IMG/VR virus record: IMGVR_UViG_3300042356_000546
Length of the DNA stretch: 20,000 nt
Reading direction: 5' to 3' (one strand)
Origin: an uncultured virus (IMG/VR IMGVR_UViG_3300042356_000546)
Taxonomy: Duplodnaviria; Heunggongvirae; Uroviricota; Caudoviricetes
Shown here one piece after another: positions 8,404 through 16,416 of the stretch. The position numbers and the translations under genes are program-made. The notes beneath the pieces were generated by a model, which saw nothing but the letters and a program-made list of their open reading frames with translations, was not told the origin of the DNA and ran no database searches. Position 1 is the stretch's first letter. Every line of letters begins with the position of its first letter.

Positions 8404-9863
8404 TTGGTGCCTTTATCTTTCTTTTCTTTCTTGGTACTGTTGTTGTTTAACAGTTCTTTTCTATCTATACCAAGATAGTGTGTAAAATAATCTTTCAGTC
8501 TGCTGTTTTCCATGGCAAATCTACTGATATGGCCTTGAGGAATAGTTAACCAATTGTTGTAGTGTGGACAATATGTTGACATGGGCCATTTTCGTCTCAC
8601 ATAATTTGCTGCATGATGATCGTATGGCTGCGGCAATTTAAAAATATCGCCGTTGTACCAGGTCATAGAATAGTCTCTAATAAAATTATTAAATTCTGGA
8701 TTCTTTGTATCAAATGCCACTATACCGGTGTCTATGGGGCAATCGTCTTTGTGCGGCCAATCTGACCCAGTGTCTAGTGTTGCCCAGATATTGTTGCCTG
8801 GATGTAAAATTTCCATGGCCTTGGCTCGTGACAACTCTTTTTCTACCATTATATCAGCATCTATCCACACCACCAGCCCTCGAAATTTTCTAGCAGCCCA
8901 TACTTGTGTACGACTCTTCTTCCAGAATCTATCAGCTTTGCTACCGCCCATACCTTCTTTTATCCAGGGGTCTTCTGGACTTGCTACATCTTTCCAAAAA
9001 TTATAGACTTTGCCAAAACCTAGATCCACCGGCTTGTCATCCCAAACAAAAACTACATCTCCGGGCAATTTATCCCACGACGGTAGTGTTAAATTGGCTG
9101 CATAATTATAATACTCTCTAGATAGACTAGTCACCCAGGTAATAGGTGCATATACCTGCGTATTATTTCTGCCTATTTCATTGGCGTAGTCTATAAGATA
9201 CTTCCACCAAACATCAGCATATTCGCAGGTTCTATAATTTTCAAACCAAGGACCACCTTCGGTCCAGTGATAGGCCAACGGTTTTCCGGTAGCAGATTCC
9301 TTGTTCCATCCTACTAGAAAATTAAATTTTGTTTGCAGTTCTCCAATTTCATTATCTTGCAACCATTGAAATCTATGTAGATAAGCACCATCTTTGGTGT
9401 TGACATCATCTATGGTCAACCGCTGGTTGCTGGGATGCTCGCAGTTCCAAAGTATCATCGAACTCCAATTTTTTCGAGGATATTGTGTCTGTGTTTTTCC
9501 GTCCATTTTTGTTGTATTGGTTGGCACATGATCGTGCTTGACAACCATCACAGCAAATTTTGGATCTGCCTGTTTAAAAACTTCTTGAATATCACCGTCC
9601 CATACAAAATCACAGTCGCAAAACAAGGCCCATCCTTGGAAATTAGTCAGTGTTGGAACAAGAAATCTTGTAAAAGTAAATTCTGTTGATCCCAATTGAT
9701 CAACATCTCTAGAATATAAACCATCTCTACGAAGTTTAGACTGATTAAGAGATTTAACCTCGGCCGTAGAAGAATTTTTATATATGGAATATTCACAGAC
9801 TCGATACGCTATGTCTTCTCTGCTGTCATAACCGATGTATACGGGTAAAAAATCATTGTTCAT
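8400..9863 (-). CDS. Two-domain glycosyltransferase: N-terminal CDI/GT8-like plus C-terminal WxDAD GT-A domain
   Basis: N-half: YIGYDSRE, STEFTFTRFLVP, WALFCDCD, YPRKNWSS, HWTEGGPW. C-half: RFWKK...WIDAD, DTG, THY. Confidence 0.8.
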   Translation of the reverse strand: MNNDFLPVYIGYDSREDIAYRVCEYSIYKNSSTAEVKSLNQSKLRRDGLYSRDVDQLGSTEFTFTRFLVPTLTNFQGWALFCDCDFVWDGDIQEVFKQADPKFAVMVVKHDHVPTNTTKMDGKTQTQYPRKNWSSMILWNCEHPSNQRLTIDDVNTKDGAYLHRFQWLQDNEIGELQTKFNFLVGWNKESATGKPLAYHWTEGGPWFENYRTCEYADVWWKYLIDYANEIGRNNTQVYAPITWVTSLSREYYNYAANLTLPSWDKLPGDVVFVWDDKPVDLGFGKVYNFWKDVASPEDPWIKEGMGGSKADRFWKKSRTQVWAARKFRGLVVWIDADIMVEKELSRAKAMEILHPGNNIWATLDTGSDWPHKDDCPIDTGIVAFDTKNPEFNNFIRDYSMTWYNGDIFKLPQPYDHHAANYVRRKWPMSTYCPHYNNWLTIPQGHISRFAMENSRLKDYFTHYLGIDRKELLNNNSTKKEKKDKGTK

Positions 9864-10656
9864 TTAACATTCTCCAGGCTGAGCCGTCTTTAAGTTCACT
9901 GACATGAAATTGACAGTAGGCCAAATGATGTGCCCACGCTTCAACTTGTTGTAGATCGGGATAATATGGTGTTTCAATCTTGCTGAGATCTTGTTCAGTT
10001 ACAGATTTAGCTGCGTGTGTTGAGCATAGAGTGAAAGCAGGATATCCATACAACACTGCTTCAGTGGCAGCGTTGCTGTTAAATGTCACTAGCGCATGAA
10101 CATCTTCGTCTAGAGCTTCTTTGAGTGAGTTAGTGATCATTCTATCAGTGCGACTTTTTACACGTTCTCTAACTTCAATAGGACGATCAGTATATTGCTT
10201 AATAGTTGCAATGGTTTCTTCTAACCATTGCTCTAGTTCTAGATTGTAGAACTTCATGGGTTTTTCATCAGGTTTGGCAATAAGTATTTTTCTACCGCCT
10301 TTTTTCCAGCGATGTACTGGAATGGCCAGCTTCTTGAATCTATCAGGCGGTCGGTGAATTACTTGATCATGTTGCAGATCATTTTTTACAATACGGTGCC
10401 AAAACTTCCAGCCCATGGGATTCAACGGACCTCGTTGATTGCCCATGTATCCGGTGTCCATAAAATAAAAATCTCTGCCTTCAAACCAACAGCGTTTCAT
10501 TATTTTATGTTTTAGGATTCCGCGTAAAACAATTGGATCTTCACTGTCGTCATAATTAAAATCATCAGAATTGATTACTCTACCGCCACTGCCTATAGCA
10601 AAGGAATTGATATATTCGTCTTCGCCGCCCTTGCTGAGAAAGATCCAATTGTTCAT
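9853..10656 (-). CDS. Capsule_synth/KpsS-like GT-B glycosyltransferase, paralog 3 (HP motif lost)
   Basis: MDTGY, ILIAKP, IEVRER and LVTFNSNAATEAVLYGYPAF motifs. C-terminus WAHHLAYCQF...ELKDG is shared with the paralogs. Confidence 0.65.
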   Translation of the reverse strand: MNNWIFLSKGGEDEYINSFAIGSGGRVINSDDFNYDDSEDPIVLRGILKHKIMKRCWFEGRDFYFMDTGYMGNQRGPLNPMGWKFWHRIVKNDLQHDQVIHRPPDRFKKLAIPVHRWKKGGRKILIAKPDEKPMKFYNLELEQWLEETIATIKQYTDRPIEVRERVKSRTDRMITNSLKEALDEDVHALVTFNSNAATEAVLYGYPAFTLCSTHAAKSVTEQDLSKIETPYYPDLQQVEAWAHHLAYCQFHVSELKDGSAWRMLNEQ

Positions 10657-11420
10657 ACTCTTTCAATGTCCTCTTCAATACAGCTTTGCCCGTATTGTAT
10701 TTCGACAATCTTGCAAGGTACATCATAAGGGTTTGTTAATTGATGCCACTCGGCAACCGGAATTTTATATTCTTGGTGCTTAATTAATTCTGCAGGTAGC
10801 AATCGATACCCGTTAGGCATCATGCTGTTAACTATACACTGGCCTTCACTAACCATCCAATACTCAGCACGTAGTTGGTGGCGTTGCATACTTAGGCTCT
10901 TTCCGGGCTCCACAGTGAGCTCTTTAACTTTCATTCCAGGAACTTCATGCAGTACACGATAGTAGCCCCACTGTCGTTCAGTCTTAGGCGCTTTCCATTC
11001 TTGTAATATCCACGAACTGGAATTCATTTTGTGTTCACCGCCTACACCAAAAACAAATTCTAAATGCAACATTTCGTCTAGTACATCCATTTCAGGAATA
11101 TTAGTTTTAGTACGATCACCGCCGTTGGCGAATACAATTTTATCGTTGGGGTATATTGATCTTACTTTTCTAATAGCGTCTTTTGCACTACCGTCTGCGT
11201 CGTCAAAGTTAATAACACGATCTACATCTTTGATAGCACTTAGAATACTAGCACGTTCGTCCCATGGCATAAACTCTTGCCCTTTCTTGCGGCGCAACCA
11301 GGCATCGGAGTTTGCTCCTATGATTAAAACATCGCCTAATTTTTTAGCCTCTTTGATATAGTTAATATGACCTGAATGAATAGGGTCAAAACCACCTGTT
11401 GCAATTACTATTGTTTTCAT
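10653..11420 (-). CDS. Cytidylyltransferase-like (HXGH; TagD/RfaE-II type) domain fused to a type II PMI-like cupin
   Basis: GGFDPIHSGH, GANSD, ANGGDR, SSS, followed by TERQWG...VEPGKSLSMQRH...AEYW...WHQL. Confidence 0.88.
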   Translation of the reverse strand: MKTIVIATGGFDPIHSGHINYIKEAKKLGDVLIIGANSDAWLRRKKGQEFMPWDERASILSAIKDVDRVINFDDADGSAKDAIRKVRSIYPNDKIVFANGGDRTKTNIPEMDVLDEMLHLEFVFGVGGEHKMNSSSWILQEWKAPKTERQWGYYRVLHEVPGMKVKELTVEPGKSLSMQRHQLRAEYWMVSEGQCIVNSMMPNGYRLLPAELIKHQEYKIPVAEWHQLTNPYDVPCKIVEIQYGQSCIEEDIERV

Positions 11421-12589
11421 TTTATACTCTCTAAAATTATAGTTAATACATCGAAATCTTGTTGATTTACAAAATGATTATTGCCAATATACACTCCATT
11501 ATTGTGTAAAAGATTAACATTATTTTTACTCCCGGGCTCTAACTTATATTCTTTTAAAAATGGATGGGCGAGTAAATTTCCGCTAACTATTGGACGATGT
11601 TCGATATTGAATTTCGTGAAAGCCTCAATAAGATGCAGGTGTGTGTTTTTAGATTTGGACACAAACGGGAATGCAAAACTACTATTTGTATCATTAAATT
11701 CCGGAAGGTAAAACTTATCTTCGTAATTCTTTATTATATTAAAATATTTTATAAAGTTGTTTTTTCGAATATCTACCATATTGGTTAGTCGTTTTAGTTG
11801 ACTTTGCCCTAATACTGCTGGAATTTCATGATTTCTAAAATTGTAGCCCTCTGTTAAAAAAAGAAAACTTGGAGGCAAATCTGGATATTCTTTTTTATAT
11901 TTTTCAAAATACGCAGGAGAACCTTCTCTAGCTAATCCGTGACTTCTTTTCAGCCTCATTAGTTCATGCAGCTCTTCGTTAGTCGTAGACACCATGCCGC
12001 CTTCTATGGTTGTCATATGATGTCCGAAATAAAAACTAAATGTAGCTCCTAAAGAAGAAGATCCTCTTTTATTCCCAATGCTATCTGTAACACCGTGTGA
12101 TTCGCATACATCTTCTAAGATCAACGCACTGGGAATTATTTCTTTAATTTTTTCTATGTTTGCATCAAACCCCAACAAGTGAGTTACAAATATTCCTTTT
12201 ATATCTGGATGCTCTAACGAGATTTTTTTAAGGTGGTCAAGATCAAAACTGTAGTTTTCAAAATTAATATCACAAAAAATAGGTTGTAGTCCGCATTGTA
12301 TAACTGGGGATATGTTTGTGACCCAAGTGCAGGCAGGCACAACAATTTTGTCTTGATCTTTTAATCCGAACTTTTCTTTTACAGCAGACAGTAGTAATAA
12401 ATTGGCAGTACTACCAGACGATACAAAAAGACTGTGGTCTACATTCAACCATTCACTCCATTCTTTTTCAAATTGTTTGACTTGATTACCGTTTGTAAAT
12501 TTATTTGATCTAAGAATAAAATTTATCATTTTTAGTTTATCTAAAAATGTTATTGTGTCTTTCATTAAGGGCCAGGTGTATTTTTTCAT
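11417..12589 (-). CDS. DegT/DnrJ/EryC1/StrS-family PLP enzyme, ColD-like GDP-4-keto-6-deoxymannose 3-dehydratase
   Basis: VSSGSTANLL, LEDVCESHG, FSFYFGHHMTTIEGG (His at the usual Schiff-base Lys), RSHG, GYNFR, RPIVSGN. Start at 12589 preferred (2 nt after the upstream stop). Confidence 0.85.
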   Translation of the reverse strand: MKKYTWPLMKDTITFLDKLKMINFILRSNKFTNGNQVKQFEKEWSEWLNVDHSLFVSSGSTANLLLLSAVKEKFGLKDQDKIVVPACTWVTNISPVIQCGLQPIFCDINFENYSFDLDHLKKISLEHPDIKGIFVTHLLGFDANIEKIKEIIPSALILEDVCESHGVTDSIGNKRGSSSLGATFSFYFGHHMTTIEGGMVSTTNEELHELMRLKRSHGLAREGSPAYFEKYKKEYPDLPPSFLFLTEGYNFRNHEIPAVLGQSQLKRLTNMVDIRKNNFIKYFNIIKNYEDKFYLPEFNDTNSSFAFPFVSKSKNTHLHLIEAFTKFNIEHRPIVSGNLLAHPFLKEYKLEPGSKNNVNLLHNNGVYIGNNHFVNQQDFDVLTIILESIK

Positions 12590-12591
12590 AG

Positions 12592-13320
12592 TTAAATATG
12601 CCAGCAATTGGCAAGGTGATTTATATAAATTTTGTTATGGCCGATGTCTCTAAAATTTTCACAAATGACCATTGTATCACAATCAAACTTTTTTAATCGA
12701 TTGTTATACCATCCAAATTTTGCTCCCTTTTTTATTGGTTCTGATTTGTAAAAACAAAAACAGTTGTAGGTAGCATAATATTCTTTATAATCTGTACCGT
12801 TATCAATACTACCCCACTCTTCATCTGGAGTTCTTCGAGTCCCCCAAAGGTCATATAACCGTTTTCTGTCATATTTACTAGGTTTGCAACTAACAGCTGA
12901 TACAATATCGGCTTCAATTCCGTAGTCAGATTCAAAATTTATAATTCGTTGAGCACATTCTAAATCGTACTGTATGTCAGATTCTATTGAAAGAACATAA
13001 TTGGATTTATTTAAAAAATCTCCAACATCGAGTGTTTTATTTCTTGCGCTTGCTAAATTTTTTACCCGTTGCTCGTCAACTACTGACCCGTAAAAGTCAG
13101 TTCCTATATTTTCTGTTATTATAGATTTTTCAGAAACAAACGACCAGTCTAAAGAATGTAAAATATCTTTAGTATGGTCTGACGAATCGTTTTCGTAAAT
13201 AGAGAGCAGGAATTTAATATCAGGAAATCCTAAAACTAAAGTTTTTAATTGCTCATGATATCGGTTTAACTTTTTTTCAGAATTTCTGAAGATAGAAGAA
13301 ATTAAAATCGTTTTATTCAT
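12592..13320 (-). CDS. GT-A glycosyltransferase, CAP59/Anp1-like
   Basis: SIFRNSE, IYENDSSD, LASARN, IESD and YDLWG motifs. Confidence 0.7.
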   Translation of the reverse strand: MNKTILISSIFRNSEKKLNRYHEQLKTLVLGFPDIKFLLSIYENDSSDHTKDILHSLDWSFVSEKSIITENIGTDFYGSVVDEQRVKNLASARNKTLDVGDFLNKSNYVLSIESDIQYDLECAQRIINFESDYGIEADIVSAVSCKPSKYDRKRLYDLWGTRRTPDEEWGSIDNGTDYKEYYATYNCFCFYKSEPIKKGAKFGWYNNRLKKFDCDTMVICENFRDIGHNKIYINHLANCWHI

Positions 13321-13366
13321 ATCGAATATTTATCAGAGCAGTTAATGATGCTAAATATTCTATATG
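13318..13366. promoter_or_regulatory. Back-to-back TAAATA boxes forming a 15-bp inverted repeat; probable leaderless transcripts
   Basis: Minus strand TAAATATTCGATATG (13332-13318) and plus strand TAAATATTCTATATG (13352-13366) match at 14/15 positions. Each ends in the start codon. Confidence 0.7.
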
Positions 13367-13999
13367 AACACATGGATCTCGCATTATCAAAATATTTTTA
13401 AACCTCATTTAGACGTAAATGTTAGCTTTTCTAAACGAGGACTAACGCCAGGATTGTATCACCGAGGCAACGGATTTGAGATTGTTTTTAAAGAACTTCT
13501 TTCGATAAAACCTAATAATTTCTTAATTATAGAAACTGGATCAACAAGAAAACCAAATAATTGGAAGGATGGGAACAGTGGCTTTATTTTTGCAGATTTT
13601 GTAAAATTTCACGGTGGATTTGTTAGGTCGGTTGATATTGATTTAGAAGCTGTAGAATCAGCCAATCAATACATAGATAAAAAATATCATCAATCTTATT
13701 GTGCAGACAGTGTTATGTGGCTCAGGGATCAACCAGATTTAAATTTGGTTGATTTATTCTATCTAGATAGTATGAACGTTAAATGGAACAACGACTTGGG
13801 TAGCGCCACCCATCATCTCAATGAGTTTTTAGAAATAGAAAGATTTTTAAAGCCAGGTGCTATTGTTGCTATTGACGATAATTCAACCTTTGAAGATTCT
13901 AAAAGACGGACTGGCAAAGGAAGACTTATCATAGAATATTTAGAGAAAAAAAATAAATTCCCCATTTATGATGCTCATCAAGTAATTTATAAATTTTAA
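13364..13999 (+). CDS. Class I SAM-dependent methyltransferase (Methyltransf_24-like)
   Basis: IIETGS, RSVDID, DLFYLDS and LKPGAIVAIDD motifs. Confidence 0.8.
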   Translation: MNTWISHYQNIFKPHLDVNVSFSKRGLTPGLYHRGNGFEIVFKELLSIKPNNFLIIETGSTRKPNNWKDGNSGFIFADFVKFHGGFVRSVDIDLEAVESANQYIDKKYHQSYCADSVMWLRDQPDLNLVDLFYLDSMNVKWNNDLGSATHHLNEFLEIERFLKPGAIVAIDDNSTFEDSKRRTGKGRLIIEYLEKKNKFPIYDAHQVIYKF

Positions 14000-14001
14000 A
14001 A

Positions 14002-14781
14002 ATGATTATTGATACTTTTATGTTTAACGACGAGTTTGAAATGTTAGATATCAGATTAGACATTTCAAACAACTATGTAGATAAGTGGATTATTTTAGAA
14101 GGCAATCGGACATGGAGCGGGAAAGAAAAACCGTACCACTTGGCTGCTAGAATAGACGAATATCAACAAAAATACAATAACAAAATACAGTTAATAAATT
14201 TAGATATTCCGGCCGATTACAAAGATTGGAAATGCGAAAATTTTAGTAGAGCATCTTTGCAATCTGGAATTGACCTATGTGATGCAAACGATACTGTAAT
14301 TCACTCAGATCTAGATGAAATATTAGACCCTGAAAAGATACAGTCTATTTTAGATTTATTAGAAAAAGAAAATAAACCAGTAAATTGCACGTTAGATATG
14401 TTCATCTTTAAATTTGATCAAAAATTATACAGGACATGGAGTGGACCAGTTGTTGCTAAAAAATGCATGTTCAACACTCCTCAAGAATTATACAAGGGTG
14501 ATCAATACAAGAAAAAAAATAGAAGTCATTGTGTTAGACATCCCGATATAGTAGGCTGGCACTGGACATGGATTGGCAACGACAATCGAATAAAAAGTAA
14601 AGTTGAAAGTTGTATAGAATCGCAGTATCGAGATCCGAACGAAGTACTCGATGCACTTAAAAAACAAGATACTAAATTAGCTATTAATCACAAATGCGAA
14701 ACACAATATGTGGATTACAAATATCCTAAGCCAGTATCCGATGTAATTTTTAAATTTCCATACTGGACTACAGAAACTTAG
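14002..14781 (+). CDS. Glycosyltransferase family 17-like protein
   Basis: IIDTFMFNDEFEMLDIRL, ILEGNRTWSGKEKP, SDLDEI and GWHWTW motifs. Confidence 0.85.
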   Translation: MIIDTFMFNDEFEMLDIRLDISNNYVDKWIILEGNRTWSGKEKPYHLAARIDEYQQKYNNKIQLINLDIPADYKDWKCENFSRASLQSGIDLCDANDTVIHSDLDEILDPEKIQSILDLLEKENKPVNCTLDMFIFKFDQKLYRTWSGPVVAKKCMFNTPQELYKGDQYKKKNRSHCVRHPDIVGWHWTWIGNDNRIKSKVESCIESQYRDPNEVLDALKKQDTKLAINHKCETQYVDYKYPKPVSDVIFKFPYWTTET

Positions 14782-15454
14782 GATTTTTTGTCCATCCATC
14801 GGGATCGTTGCCTGTCCAATGGTGCTTGGCATAAGAATTTGGAGCTTCTTCGGTAAGGCGATGCTTTTCGTTAAAATATACAGGGTAAAAATAATCTTTA
14901 GAAAATATTTTAACTTTTTCGTCTTCAACTTTTCTTTGTGCAAAATCCTCGTCATTAAAGTATTTTTGCATTATTTTTGTAAAAGGTTTTACGCTAGTGA
15001 TAACATGAGGTCTTTCGTTAGAAACTTCAGGTCCATATTTTATTGCTCTAGAAACACTAACGTTAGACATTTCAGTTAACAGATGGTGATCCGAAACACA
15101 GCCTATTAAACTTGGGCATACTCTTCTATAATCATCTTCAAATCCAGTGAACATATCAAGATTTAAAAATTCGTCAAACGGACGTAGACATTCCATATCA
15201 GTGTCGACATAAATTCCTCCGTATATTCGTAATACTTCAAATCTCAGTACATCGGATTTAGGAGTGATTGCATACGATGGATTTAACAATATTTGTTTTG
15301 CCAAAGAATTTATATTTTCAGGTAGATTAGAAGTTCTCCAAAAATAAAAAGTCCAGTCTGGGTGCAGTCGCATCCAACTTTCTCTCCAAGCATGAAACTT
15401 TTCTCTAAAAGGATCATCACCTGGCCAAACATGATGTATTATTTTTGGAATCAT
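14768..15454 (-). CDS. Glycosyltransferase family 32 (OCH1-like, DXD)
   Basis: MIPKIIHHVW, KSDVLRFEVLRIYGGIYVDTD, FYP and HHW motifs. Confidence 0.9.
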   Translation of the reverse strand: MIPKIIHHVWPGDDPFREKFHAWRESWMRLHPDWTFYFWRTSNLPENINSLAKQILLNPSYAITPKSDVLRFEVLRIYGGIYVDTDMECLRPFDEFLNLDMFTGFEDDYRRVCPSLIGCVSDHHLLTEMSNVSVSRAIKYGPEVSNERPHVITSVKPFTKIMQKYFNDEDFAQRKVEDEKVKIFSKDYFYPVYFNEKHRLTEEAPNSYAKHHWTGNDPDGWTKNPKFL

Positions 15455-16416
15455 AAATTTTTCTTCCAGTATTCTGAATTTTTAATCCAGCGATAATATA
15501 TTTCAAATCCTTCGTCGATATCAACTTTAGGATCAAACCCAAAATCTCGACGTGCTGCGGTAATGTCTAATGCACCGCGACTAGGAAAATCCGCATCCTT
15601 TTCCTTGACTTCGACTGTGCCTTTACCTGCTAGGCTAACTGCTAATTCAGCAGCAGACAACAGTGTCTTACTATGACTTTTGGTTATGTTGTAAGTTTTA
15701 TTTGCAGTATTTTTTGCAAGAGAAGCTGCTACAATTCCGTCGGCCGCATCGTCCACATAGGTAAAGTCTAGAGTTTCATTAACGCCGTTTACTTTGAGAA
15801 CGCCTCCTCGCATGGCAGTTAACAAAAATTTGCTAATAACGCGGTCTTCAACATCAAGCGGGCCATACACTGCACTTGGACGAAATATTGTATGTTCTAT
15901 TCCATACTTACGTGTGTAGTCTTTAATTAACCACTCACCTGCAAGTTTCATAATGCCGTATTGTCCTTGCGGACGGCATACTGCATCTTCTTTAACAAAA
16001 TCTGTAAAATCACCGTAGACCATACTAGAGCTCGTGTAAACAAATCTCTTTACATTATACTTTACACTTAGTTCTAATAGATTAAGCAGTCCTTCACTCA
16101 TAGTACGTGAGCCAAGTGCTGGGTTAGCATTAACTACTTTTTGTCTTGGAAAACTAGCAAGATGAATTACAATATCAAAATTATATTTTGAAAATAACTG
16201 ATTCATGCCAATTGGATCGCATATATCTATAAGATAAACTTCGCTTGATTTTATTTTTTTAGAACGTTCAGATAATAGGTAAACGAGTTCTGGCTGTGGG
16301 ATAATTCCATAATTAGTTTGAGTATCGGCAACTACAACACTATGTCCTTGTGTTTCTAATTTACTTACTACATTGTGTCCGATAAGTCCTTGGCCGCCAG
16401 TTACTAAGATGTTCAT
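15451..16416 (-). CDS. NAD-dependent nucleotide-sugar epimerase/dehydratase (extended SDR)
   Basis: TGGQGLIG, VIHLA, SSSMVYG, YGIMK, VYGP and DFTYVDD motifs. Confidence 0.92.
   Translation of the reverse strand: MNILVTGGQGLIGHNVVSKLETQGHSVVVADTQTNYGIIPQPELVYLLSERSKKIKSSEVYLIDICDPIGMNQLFSKYNFDIVIHLASFPRQKVVNANPALGSRTMSEGLLNLLELSVKYNVKRFVYTSSSMVYGDFTDFVKEDAVCRPQGQYGIMKLAGEWLIKDYTRKYGIEHTIFRPSAVYGPLDVEDRVISKFLLTAMRGGVLKVNGVNETLDFTYVDDAADGIVAASLAKNTANKTYNITKSHSKTLLSAAELAVSLAGKGTVEVKEKDADFPSRGALDITAARRDFGFDPKVDIDEGFEIYYRWIKNSEYWKKNL

Noticed and set aside
3617..16416. Bacterial O-antigen or capsule locus
   Set aside because: It is flanked by, and coupled to, T4-like phage genes. It has mixed strands and no flippase, polymerase, exporter or priming transferase.
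15451..16416. Calling the SDR ColC/Fcl (GDP-fucose synthase type) or GalE
   Set aside because: It lacks the Fcl-type LGSSCIYP motif and GalE-specific motifs, so its substrate cannot be assigned from sequence.
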